DNA of 64,000 nucleotides from Perkinsus olseni (Eukaryota): NCBI GenBank assembly GCA_013115125.1, contig JABANN010000106.1, positions 1 to 64,000 of the forward strand, read 5' to 3'. Shown piece by piece: positions 13,550 to 24,708 of this stretch (position 1 is its first letter; each line of letters starts with the position of its first letter). The notes under the pieces were generated by a model. It saw only the letters and a program-made list of their open reading frames with translations, ran no database searches and was not told where the DNA came from. The position numbers and the translations under genes were made by a program.

Positions 13550-15560
13550 ACCACCTAATTTATCAACTCTCAGTTTTAAAGCAGGATCAGTCCAGCTTCA
13601 AGAAGGACTACCGTATCAACGGTATATCACGTCAACTACAACGGTACTTCATATTCGTACATCGAAGATGCTATCGTTATGGATTTCCCCAGGCAGTGCT
13701 AATAAAGTAGCATGACTCCCACTAAGGAACTAGCGGGAGGCTCAGTTTCGGTGCATCAACTATTCCTACTACCTCTTTCCATGTGTGCCCCTCTCTACAG
13801 CAATACTCTCAGCCCTGTGTTTTATCCGTATCCCACCAGTATGCTCAATCAGAGACTCCCCAGTGATAGCGCATATCACAGACAAACTGTCTGAAGAATG
13901 TGATAAGTGCGCCTTCTCCGAGACTAGACTCGCAGATCCCTTACTTATGGTATAAAGACGCATCGTTCGAAGGAAGTTCCTTTCCCGATTGAACTGAAAG
14001 GCCTCCTGGGGCGAGTCTACGTACGACAGACCGCTCCACTCTTCAGACGAGCTGGGTTCCAAAAACTGAGACAGACGGCCGGATTGGCCCAACGAGTCAT
14101 CACTGGGATCCAGCAGCTATCAAACTTGCGAACCACCATATCAACAGCTGTCGAAGCGGGCTCGACTAAGCGCTACCGCGCCATTCGCGAGCGCACACGG
14201 ATAGGGTAAAGGAACGCGAATGATCTTGAAAGTAATATAACTTGTCTTCATACAGTAGAGCAACCAGTCACAAAGGACGCACACTTGCCAGGGAGGTTGA
14301 TACGGACACGTGGTCACGATTTCGAGCTGATACTTCATGGTTGTAATTACATGCTCATCAACGACAAAACAGCATGCGCCCAACGCGGAATAATGGCAGA
14401 CAACGGAGCGCTCCTCGCATTACCGGTCCTTGCTGTATACAGGGTGCCATGAAAACGCCTTGCAAAAATATCTTGAACGCTCTCGTGGGGTTCTTCGTTG
14501 GCTCGGCATCGTCGTCCATTCCGGTTATACGCGAAGGCGAACGAGTAAATCTGATCGACTATCAAGTGTGAGGCTCCCAGTACCGCTAGCAATACTACAG
14601 ATTAATTGACACGCTCTCGATTCTTAGCTGCAGCCCTGCCATTATGAAGTCCCACCAACCGAGCTCTGTGTTCCGACGCAGCGATCGCTTGGCTTCGTCG
14701 TCGATGTTGCTGACAGCCGAGTTTATATGCTGTTCCAAAAGAGCTTCGCGCTGGGCCAAAGCAACCTACATGCGCAGTAAATGCTCACGAATACGCCCTT
14801 CCCAATACGGCAAAATCCCAAGATAGACACGTTACCGGGCAAGAGCGTGAAATGGCCGAATAATGATGCGGGAAATAGCTTCACTCAAAGATGGGTAGCG
14901 ATGAATTTGCAGGATCCCGTATGTCCAGCATGGTTCATTCTAACCGGTAAAGATCCGCTCGGGTTGCTCAAGAATTCAACGGTAAAGGTTGAGGACTTGT
15001 CGCAAGAGTGACGTTTGGATGGCGATCGTATTCATGCGTTCCGTTATGAACGTCTCCAGTCTGGAGACTCCAGGAGTTGGTCCTTAAGACCCACCTTGCA
15101 GTTCCATTCAACGTCATCATACATATCGTGTACTGTACAGTCCAGCTCTAATGACGGTATGGTTATACAAACCTAAAGTGACGATAAGACTAACCTACAC
15201 TGATCAGGTTAGGGGATCTTACCGGCTTATACCGAAGTTGAGTCCACGGTATCTTCACCACTGCCATACTGCAATACGCTCGAGTTATCTGCGAAAACGG
15301 TGATGAAGCGAAGTGACGCTAAGGCAGCTAATGGTGGTAATACCTCAGTCGTATAAGGCAGAATAGTGTCCACCCATTCCTTGATGGCATCAATTTCGAG
15401 CTCAAAGGCGTGCAAAGTGATCTCTCCCGACATCAAGGACCTGAGATCTCCGGTTACCAAAAGAGTCCCACGCCCGTGTCATTACGCTGAGACTTGATCA
15501 TATTCGAGGCCCCGGATGTACTTTTTCAAGTAACCCATGATGGTACTTTTGTATAAGTAA
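13550..15560 (-). mobile_element. Decayed LTR-retrotransposon pol (RNase H + integrase)
   Basis: RNase H-like 'LHAFELEIDAI...FITVFADNSSVL' (15227-15460) followed by integrase-like 'PYQPPWQVCVL..LYCMKTSYI'; interrupted by stops. Confidence 0.55.
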
Positions 15561-16076
15561 GAAGTCATAGTGGTCCATTAAAAACGCCAGCAGCTCATCA
15601 ACTACACAATTTGTTTGCACCAACCTTACCAATCCTCCAATTCAAGGATACAAGAGCGTTCAAAATATAAATCTAAGCCCAGCAATTTGAACCCGAATCA
15701 TCAGTGAGCGCTCGAAGATGATGAAAATTGATCGATCGCCGCTGCATAGCATACAAAGGGCCCAGTGAATCTTGCGGTATCGTGCACGCTGATGATTCGG
15801 CTGATACTCCGAGCGAAATGATTCCGTTACAGACTGGTTTAAGATCGAGCACGAGCCACTGTGTTCTTCCAGCAGCTCTGCCTTCGCATGTATAGAGATC
15901 GAGGCCCTCTACCGCAGAACCTGCCCAATAGCAGCACCCGGTGGGGTTTTCGGGCGCGCGCGATTCTCGTGGAACCTTTCACTTGCCAATCTTGCAAACT
16001 CTTGCGAGTCCTTAGCGTGATCGATAAGCTCAGTTCTCGGACCCAAGTGGTTACATTGAACCCCATATCCCAAGAG

Positions 16077-17374
16077 ATGGCTGACCGATATCTTCTTGCT
16101 TCCAACCTCCCCACTGAGGGTGCCCGCATCCCTGAGCGCAGCGCCAAGAAGGTGCAGGCCCAGGCTGAGCTCAAGGAGCAAAAGCTTGCTGCCATCGCCG
16201 TCAACAAGAAGGCCAACCGCGCCTCCCGGAACGCCTTGAAGCTCCGTGCTTTGAAGTACCAGAAGGAGTACAAGTCCGAGGAGCGCCGCCTCATTGGTCT
16301 CCGTCGTGAGGCTAAGAAGTTCGGCAACTACTTCGTCGAGCCCGAGCAGAAGCTCGTAATAAGTGTTCCTCGGTCATTCGGGAAAGTGTTATTTCGTGTC
16401 TGTGTGCAGGTCTTCGTCGTCCGTCTTGCTGGTATCAACAAGCTCGCCCCCAAGCCCCGCAAGATCTTGCAACTCTTGCGTCTTCGCCAGCTCAACAACG
16501 GTGTCTTCGTTAAGGTCAACGGACCTATGATGCAGGTACAAACCTGAGCTCTCCATGAGCACATCAGGTATTTGGTGATTCCCAGTCGTCGGGCTACCGC
16601 GTCAGTGGAGCCGGGCTGGTGATAGCCAACGGTCGATGAGTCCCTAATGGGAGGAGACCCTTCCGTACATCACCGTGTGGATGTGTCCCACTTGAGTACG
16701 AGGATTCGGATCAACGTATCCATACCTGATCGCTGTGCTCTCGACGTGGTACGAGTCTTCATCGTGGTGCTCCTTCAGATGCTCCGTACCGTTGCCCCCT
16801 ATGTGGCCTTCGGTTACCCTAGCGTCTCCACCGTCCGTGAGCTCATCTACAAGAGGGGTTATGGCAAGATCAACAAGTCTCGCATCCCCCTCAACGACAA
16901 CAAGCTCATCGACGAGCAGCTCGGCCAGTTCGGCATCCACGGTGAGTGGACCTTCTGGGAGGCTTGGTTTTTGTCGCGTATCTCTCTGGGCAAGAGCCTC
17001 TCTTAAAACAGTAGGGAAGGACTCTAATCGGATGCGCGTAGATAGACCGTGGAGTAATCACCCCTTCGCCCTTTGGTGTTGTGGGCTTCATGATCCTCGG
17101 ACAGACTGATATCTGACAAGCTTGTTGGCTGCACGTCGCTTTTGATTTGCGATGCTTTATTGTCCACTTTTTGTCAGGTATGGAGGACCTCATCCATGAG
17201 ATCTACACCGTCGGTCCCCACTTCAAGGAAGCTAACAACTTCCTCTGGCCCTTCAAGCTTTCCTCCCCCAAGGGTGGCTTCATCCGCAAGCGTCACGGCT
17301 TCAACGAGCTCCGTGGCGGTGACTGGGGCAACCGTGAGCAGTTCATGAACAACCTCATCAGAAGGATGAACTAA
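16077..17374 (+). CDS. RPL7: 60S ribosomal protein L7 (uL30); exons 16077-16355, 16410-16535, 16779-16941, 17178-17374
   Basis: Motifs [69 protein letters not shown]; three GT-AG introns restore the frame. Confidence 0.97.
16557..16740 (+). ncRNA. Structured RNA element in RPL7 intron 2, with a kink-turn
   Basis: Closing helix gagcac/atcaggtat pairs with atacctgat/gtgctc; internal K-turn at 16631-16659; further hairpins. Confidence 0.55.
16975..17106 (+). ncRNA. Box H/ACA snoRNA in RPL7 intron 3
   Basis: Hairpin cgcgtatc..gatgcgcg, H-like box agatag, hairpin ccgtgga..tcctcgg, ACA at 17101. The 5' pocket (ctgggca / aatc) matches LSU rRNA GAUU-UC-UGCCCAG. Confidence 0.8.
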
Positions 17375-17998
17375 GCATGCTCGCTACTGCCTATAAGCGA
17401 GTCGTCATCAGCTACAAGGAAGGTTTTCGTCATCTCATTACTGTTGATGATGGATAGCTAGATATGGAGGTTTCGACTTGAGGCTTCTCGAGTAGCCGCT
17501 TGGGAATAGCTACGGTTTTGTGTTGGTAAAGGTTTCAAGTTTGTGGCTGTGGGGATGGCAAGTGATTCGAGGCGATCTTATACAGGCTTCGTGGTAATGC
17601 AGTCACGATGTTCGGCCTTAGAGTGGCCAATACACTAAACGACGCTTGATATGGGAGGTTCGTCTCGGAGCACTAGGGAGTTGGTTGAGCAAATGGATCG
17701 TAAGCTTGATTGCACGTCCGTTAATTGGTGGCGGAAGGTGATCGCGTGCCTTTTGCTACGTACCATGAGGCAGCTTAGGTGTCTGCTCGTTCCTTGTCTT
17801 GGCCTCGGCTGCTCTATTCTCAGCGGCGCTGATACCTGGTATAACATACAAGCTATCGACAGGTGATGTACAAGGGTGGACACAGTCCACTGGACAGCTC
17901 GTTCTTCTCCATATCCAACTTCACAGAATCTCGCTGGGAGTACATCTTCGGAATCTAAAGTTTGGATTAGAGGGTCTGCTGGCGTAGTGGATCTTTCT

Positions 17999-18070
17999 GG
18001 GCGCGTAGCTCTGTGGTAGAGCGGCTGATTGCAGATCAGCAGGTCTTCGGTTCAAATCCGGGCGTGCCCT
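17999..18070 (+). tRNA. tRNA-Cys(GCA), divergent copy
   Basis: Full cloverleaf, anticodon loop TTGCAGA, T-loop TTCAAAT; A14>T and C32>T changes. Confidence 0.8.
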
Positions 18071-18247
18071 CATTGAGTCTTTTATCGCTGGTCAGAGAAT
18101 TCTAGCGATACGGAGACTGACCGCTGAGCCGTTCTACAGAAGGCTCATGTCTGTCAGGCCCCAGCTCGAATGAACGTTGGCCAGCATCGAGTCCCGAATG
18201 CTGCGCAAAAATGATTCACAAGCCCAGTATCATCAAGACTGCGCATT

Positions 18248-18320
18248 CTCGACTTGGCTCAGTGGATAAGGCGCTACCCTCCTAAGGTGGAGATGCCGAG
18301 TTCGAACCTCGGGTAGGGTA
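18248..18320 (+). pseudogene. tRNA-Arg(CCT) pseudogene
   Basis: Anticodon arm CTACC-CTCCTAA-GGTGG and T-arm CCGAG-TTCGAAC-CTCGG intact; acceptor and D stems mispaired. Confidence 0.7.
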
Positions 18321-18425
18321 GCACCTCTCTAAGAGGCGTTTTGTTGAAAGATTCTGTCTTGGTCGTCTCTCATGAAGCCTACTCCGTATGGGCTTTCGCG
18401 GTTGACTGATGAGTTCAGTTTTCGT

Positions 18426-18497
18426 GGGTGTGTAGCTCAGTGGTAGAGCGGCTGACTGCAGATCAGCAGGTCCTCGGTTCAAATCCGGGCGTGCCCT
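18426..18497 (+). tRNA. tRNA-Cys(GCA)
   Basis: Canonical D, anticodon (CTGCAGA) and T arms; acceptor stem has three G-U pairs. Confidence 0.88.
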
Positions 18498-21400
18498 CAT
18501 CTTGTGTCTCCGATCGCTTGTCAAAATATTCTTGTGTTATGGGAGCCTACGGAAGAGCTAAAAGAGAGCTCGGACAGACTGCGCCTGGAGCAGACCACAG
18601 TTCAGGTGTCGCAAGGTTGGAGTTCAACCACTGCACCTGAAGCTCTGTCTGTCAGAGTTGTAGTCACTTGGGTCGTATTCGGTTACGACTCGTGACCCAC
18701 GAGTGATGATCGCTACTCGCACCCCATCCTACCCGCGCAGAACGTAATTCTATACAGTGATGATCCAGATATGGCTCCTATTATGGGACCCATTAGGTTA
18801 TCGCTTCGTGCCAGCAGTTCCTCAGTCACCTATCATAAGACAAGGGCGCACGCTGAATGATGACGCGTTAGTGTCTCGTGGAGTGCGCCCGCTCGATGGG
18901 CATTACGTTTCCCGAGGCCACTCGAGCAGGATGCCCCGGAGCTCCATTTATCCCACAGAGGAGCCGCTCTCTACACAATCTGTGATCAACAAGAGCATTA
19001 GATTGGACCCAGTGAATTCCAGGGACACTGTTAGTGTAAAAGACGTTCGCTGGGACGACACCAAGGCGGGATTTTGTCCTGCATGGACTACGTGGAGCGC
19101 ACTTGATTTTGATCATTTTTCAATGTTTATTCCTCACGGTTTTATGTTGGTCGCTTTGGGACGGATGGTGGCGACTATGGTGAGCGCTTTGGAAGCCGGT
19201 CCCGGGAAGGTGAGGAACAGCTCTGCTGCAGTTCCACTTCCCAGCCTTCACCAGCCTCGAGTGTTTGAGATCGCGTTCGTAGTACGCGATCTCGAGTACG
19301 CGATTCATGTACGCGATTCATGTCGTAGTACGAATGCAGGAGCGTGTTAAAAAGGGCGCGTATAGCGTATGGTAGACATACGCGACATGAAGGATGATGG
19401 AACGGAGCGAAATTTGTCTCACCAACGGACACTGCTGTGGTTGAGTAATTCGCAACGACGAACGTAGTCTATAAACTCTCCTCCCTAACGAGTGATTCCG
19501 CGTAGATTAGAAAATGTGTACCAATGGGACAGTTTGGGCCGTGGAATCTGATATTTCCAGCAGTGGGGTTGGTAGACCCCTCTGTTCCGGCGACGTCTCA
19601 TGAATATCGCGAGGCGAGCTCCATGCTTTCAGGCCGCGAAGCATCGGTGGGCGCCCTACAATATTCAGAACGATCGTGACCAGCGCGCTAGAAACCTAGC
19701 AGGGATAGCGGCTATGCGACGGCAGCAAGATCAGCTGAGCCTGAACGACATGATGAGTGCACTCTCGGTCACAGAGGCGGACTCTAATGACATCCAGCTG
19801 GCGCAACTGAGTCTGGATGAGATGACGAGTCAACACTCGATAACCGGAATCAGCTCCGGCAGCAGACCTGATGATACTTGCTCCTCGACTTGGAGCCATC
19901 GATACGACAGCAAGCGGAGAGCCAATGGCAACAGCGTTGGCCTTTCCCAGCCCCTCCTTCAAGAACCCGAGAGGGTCGCTACGTTTTTTGCTCGTCGTGG
20001 TTCGCCCACTGAGCCTTTCCACCTTGATTATGTCAGCTTCGAGGAGAGGTGACGTGTTGTCAGTCCGCAGCCTGTTCATGTGTCCTGTCAGGTTCGAGAG
20101 TGGTGCATCATACGGGGAACTATCAGGGCCTCTCAGGATGCTCATACCCGAGCGCGAGATGCCCGAAACCTGCAAGTCCGAGTGCAGCTCCTGTGGAGCT
20201 GATCGCTGAGGGGTTGCGTCCGCAGGTACATAGCCGAGTACTTCGTGAATTTGCGATACTTTATGCACACGGAACTCGGCGGTGATGGTCTCACCTGTGA
20301 GCAGCAGTTGGAGAGGAGACTTCAAGCGGAGGCCGGTCAATCATCATCTCCTCACACTCACGTTTCCGATCACGATGCCCTCCGGGCCAACCTCGACGGA
20401 TACGACCTGGCATTCAACATGGTGCGTTACATCGCAACAGATTCCGGAAGATTGCAGTATTGGTCTGTGGACGAGGTGAGCTCCGACCTCGGATTCGGTT
20501 TTGGCCGATAAACGAGCTTCATCTGTGTAGTCGAAGTCGCCAATCTGGAACCTAATGAGCACTGTAGCACTTCGTTTCGTATAGTTCTTCGAGAGCTTCG
20601 AGCAGCTATCTGGGACCTCCTCAGCTCGGGGTCGAGCGAAGTGTGAGGTTAGGCTGGACCAGCGACCCTGGGAAGTACATGATCGTATCCCTCACTGTGA
20701 TCAGCCCCCGGAATATGTAAGCCGCTTTCTGTCGCTAATGTGTCGGAGAAGCATCACAGTCATTCACCTCTCGCAGGAGATCGCCGAACGATCATAGAAT
20801 ACATTACTCCCGACTCGAGGAGTTGAACAGGATAGCCTCGCGTCCAGACGTTTTCCCGCCGAGGACAGACAACTCAGCGCTTGACCAACTGAAGGCTTAC
20901 GGCAGAACGGCAGCGGCCTTCGAGGGCATCAGAATGAGGCATCCATCTGGGAAGCTCGCTGTTCGACTGATACATAAGGCACTGTTCAGAGACCTGACCC
21001 CGACGTATTAGGACAGACTGCTGTCGTACTCGTAGTTAGAATTTCGATTTTGCCTGTTCCCTCGTAGTGTGCATCATTGTAATACCTGTGCTTGGTTGAC
21101 GGGAGTTACAATGAGTCACAACTAGAACGGAATTCCGATTCAATGCTGCGGATACAATTGATTTAGACACGTACTCAAACCCGCCAACTACGTTCGGATA
21201 CGGCCTCGAAACTCGTTATGGCGTTGACATGGAAAGTTTCATCTACCATTCTGCGTAGAAATGCGTTACACCTACTATGATAATCTATAACGCCTATCAT
21301 TCATACCGATGAAGAAAAATCGGGTGGAACTCCCCGCCGAAACGGGCGGAGCCGAGAGCATCGCCTTCAACAATTACTCAACTCTGCTCGCAAACCACAA

Positions 21401-21534
21401 ACCCTTACAGCTTAGGTCTATGTGTCTCCCATTGAGAGATTCACCATGTCGATGTTACACGAAATTTCTCGGGATTGTCCAAATATCGTGTCTGTGCTAG
21501 TTTGCTGCACCGCCTTATTGTATCATACAGTATG

Positions 21535-21624
21535 GCTCAGACATCTAAGGAAGAGTAGTCATCACAAGCAGTCAGAGACCACTGCGAACGTTTGAGAAAC
21601 GGACTTAGAAAGCTTCATCATCGC
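21535..21624 (-). ncRNA. U14 box C/D snoRNA, copy 1
   Basis: Minus strand: C box ATGATGA, domain A TTCGCAGT, domain B CTTCCTTAGATGT + D box CTGA; complementary to conserved 18S ACUGCGAA and ACAUCUAAGGAAG. Confidence 0.88.
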
Positions 21625-21644
21625 CTTTCTTGCCCATCGCGAAA

Positions 21645-21732
21645 CTCAGACATCTAAGGAAGAGTACTCATCACAAGTAGTCAGAGACCACTGCGAACGT
21701 TTGAGAAACGGACTTAGAAAGCTTCATCACAG
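21645..21732 (-). ncRNA. U14 box C/D snoRNA, copy 2
   Basis: Near-identical to copy 1 with the same boxes and guides. Confidence 0.88.
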
Positions 21733-21753
21733 TGAAGGGTGTACGTCCCATTA

Positions 21754-21849
21754 CTTGCTCAGACATCTAAGGAAGAGTAGTCATCACAAGTAGTCAGAGA
21801 CCACTGCGAACGTTTGAGAAACGGACTTAGAAAGCTTCATCATCGCAAG
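21754..21849 (-). ncRNA. U14 box C/D snoRNA, copy 3
   Basis: Same boxes and guides; terminal stem cttgc/gcaag. Confidence 0.88.
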
Positions 21850-22083
21850 CATTCATTTAATATCCCCTTAATTAACACTACGAGCCAGTGGTAGCACCGC
21901 GCCATCATTAGATGATGCGAACCCGACGATTCGTGAGGAGTCGAAGGGCCACTCTAGCCAGTACAAACGCAACGCCTTTCGGCGGCCACAAGGTACTGGG
22001 GTGAGTGTTCGTGCGTAAAGAACCAACAATCAAGCCTTCCATTCGTCTCCTCGTCCTTGAAGTCGGGTAAAACCGGTGACAGC

Positions 22084-22852
22084 TTATACCTTGAATCCGC
22101 GAGACTTCCGGCGACCACGAGCCTTCTCGCGCTTGCGACCAACGGAACGAACACGGGGCCTGGTATCGGAGTCGGGAACACCGGGGGCCTTGCCGAAGTA
22201 GCGCTCGCAAACACGGGACTTGGTGGCACCACGGAGAAGGACGGTGTTGGAACCAGTAGGGGCCTCTGAAAAGCGAACAGGAGTGCCAAACAGTCGAACA
22301 ACATCAGACGAATCGAGAGAATCGAGCATGCGCTAGAACGCTCAGGTTTGTTTAGGTATCACCAGAATATAGGTCTGTTAACCGCATCAGATTAATTCTC
22401 ATCATTGAAACTCTAGAGCATTTCCCGTCGAAAACCAGCACAAGAGGAAGATCCAAACCCCCATACTTACTCAAAGCCAACTGGTCGAAGGTCATGCAGG
22501 AGCCACCAGCCTTGACGATGCGGGCACGAGCGGTCTCAGAGAAACGGAGAGCGCAGACGGTGAGCTGGGGGACCTCGAAGAGACGGGCGTCGTCGGTGAT
22601 GGTGCCAACAACGACAGCAATCTTGTCCTCCTTGCCCTGCATGTGACGAGCCAGCTTGGAGAGGGAGAGAGTAGGACGGTTCCTCCTGGAAGTCTGGAGA
22701 CGCTTCAGGATAGTAGCATTGAAGCTAGAGTCCGTGCGGCGAGCCAAGAAGGAGTAGAGCTTGCAGAGCAGGCGGATGTAGGGGTTCTCAGTCTTGATGG
22801 TCTGACGACCGGGCTTCCTTACGCGCCCACCAGCCTTAAGATCGATACCCAT
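22084..22852 (-). CDS. RPL18: 60S ribosomal protein L18 (eL18); exons 22471-22852 and 22084-22265
   Basis: MGIDL..., [46 protein letters not shown]; 187 aa after splicing. Confidence 0.97.
22332..22419 (-). ncRNA. Box C/D snoRNA in the RPL18 intron
   Basis: Minus strand ATGATGA (22405-22399), internal CTGA, terminal CTGA (22345-22342), flanking ctaga/tctag stem. Confidence 0.75.
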
Positions 22853-24190
22853 GGCGAATGGATTTGTACCTGCGACTCGCGGCTCGGCCAAGGCTACAGG
22901 TCATCGATCATGTGATCGATTTGCGCAAAATTCGAGGCGGAGCGAAGCGTTGGCTGCGCAAGATTCAGCCCTCGAAAACACTTGCTCATCGTAGCTTTTC
23001 GAGCATGACAACAAGCATTCAAGCTCTCTGGAGGGGTTCTGGACCGAGGCGTCGTTGCTAGTTCGTAGGTGTCGCCTTGTCGTTGCTTGCATCAGAAATA
23101 GCTCATCCTTCCCCGCTGATAATATCATCTTCCACACCTCCTTGTCGACTCTAAAGAGTACACCCGCCCTCGAGACCGGTGGTGCGATGTATGCCGGTCC
23201 TCGACTCTCCACGGAGAGGGGCGCACGATCCGCGATACATCGTTGAGGAGCTTCCTGCGCTCGAAGAAGCCCGAAAACCGGGCTCAGACTCCGATTCAAC
23301 GCGTGGCTACCAGAAGTTCTCCCGCGGCCATGTCCGTGACCCCACTATCGGTGAACTCCAACACTGGAAACTCCTTATAAGCGAGTGCCGCACAATTCTT
23401 GGATGGCTACTACTACCCACCACCATGCCGGAGAGCAACGCAGGCTCTAGCAGGGAGCCTTGCAAGGATGGAGGCCCTTCGTTCTCGCTAGGCTCTCTGG
23501 TAGGCCCTTCATTGAAGGGTGCTGTGCTGACATTCGGGAAGAGATTCGCCGCCGTTACCTCCCCACAGTGCGGTGGCATCTGATATTAGAATGTGTGAGG
23601 TAAGACTGTTGCCGCAAGAGCTCCTCCACCCTCCCCCAGAGTCCCGTGACAGGAATTGTCAGCAGCTGCAGTGTCGTCACGAGTGTGGCGATTTTTAGTT
23701 CAGCTCTGCAGCCAACGCCCCTCACCGAGCGGGTTTCTGCGTTTCAGTTACAACCAATAAAAGTAGCTCGCCGGGTACTCCTCCTCTGAGCGACTTTTGA
23801 CCCTACGGAGCGCATCTTCGGCATATTGGGAACAGTGGCGGGTGCCCACTCCGTGCGTATTGTCGAGTCTCCCAAATGGGGAGCCCCGAGCACTGCGACT
23901 ACCGCAATGCCTTGCGCGCCCCAAAAGTTGGAGCGACAAGAATCGCCACTTCCCAGTACGTCGTGGATACGGCTATGATTGGTCCATTACGATGACTTCA
24001 ACACAAACCCATACTGGTTCACGCAAGGTGAGCTCGCTGAACGCCATGAAGCCCCGGCAGGAGTCCAGGCGAAGAGCAATGCTCAACATCAAAAAGTCGA
24101 TATCGATGGCACGCAAATGGTTAATGAGTAGAATCGGAAGACTCCTTCAAAACGAAGGCGAAAAGTATATCATCATTAATATTCTCCTGC

Positions 24191-24385
24191 TTAACCGCGC
24201 CTCGAAGAGCGGACGGAAGCGGTCCCTTTGGACGAGCCCTTAGCGGCAATCTTCCCACTCTTGCGAACAGACGCCTTCACCGACTTGCCAGCGGTGCGGA
24301 CGGTCGAGGCCTTCTTAGTGATTCTCTTCTTGGCCTTGGACGCAGTGCGTTTCACAGACTTCTTAGCGGCGGCGGTTCTAGCCAT
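24191..24385 (-). CDS. 64-aa Lys/Ala/Ser-rich basic protein (protist-type histone H1-like)
   Basis: MARTAAAKKSVKRTASKAKKRITKK...; no acidic residues; AAG/GCC-rich codons like the ribosomal protein genes. Confidence 0.7.
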   Translation of the reverse strand: MARTAAAKKSVKRTASKAKKRITKKASTVRTAGKSVKASVRKSGKIAAKGSSKGTASVRSSRRG

Positions 24386-24708
24386 TTTGGATGTTCGGGG
24401 TTCACGAGAAATTTACGTGCGCTGAGGATGCAGCATCCCACCCTTGATCTCAATCCCAATTAGCGATCTAGGAACAAGAAATTCTAGGAATTCGAACTAG
24501 GAATTCTACTGAAATTTCGGGAATTTTTGCCAATAGGTGCGCCAACTCTGAGATGAGCAGCCTCGAAGAGACGGAAAACTTGAGCGGCCGAGGGCTGATT
24601 TTTGGGCGAGCGAGAAATGAACTGTGTCTCCGCCGTCTCCTGGGCGCGATGGTCGTTCGTCGTTTTTCTTCCAACTGGACTTTTAGCTTTTTATTTGTCG
24701 AGTACGTT

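Noticed and set aside
15861-16547. 228-aa ORF as the RPL7 product
   Set aside because: It includes upstream sequence and reads through the in-frame 54-nt intron; the likely start is 16077.
16631-16659. Hammerhead-ribozyme-like gatgagtccc..ggga
   Set aside because: Lacks the CUGA and GAAA core residues; a kink-turn fits better.
18757-21011. Several 60-214 aa ORFs on both strands
   Set aside because: No recognisable motifs or consistent exon chain; cannot support a call.
21535-21849. CRISPR-like or SL-RNA array reading of the three repeats
   Set aside because: Repeats are ~88 nt with C/D boxes and 18S guides, i.e. U14. No cas genes and no spliced-leader sequence.
22901-24243. Possible plus-strand gene between RPL18 and the H1-like gene
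   Set aside because: Fragmentary ORFs with no recognisable family.
24379-24390. tagccattttgg matches part of the dinoflagellate spliced leader
   Set aside because: Only 12 nt, and it is the antisense of the H1-like gene's start codon context.
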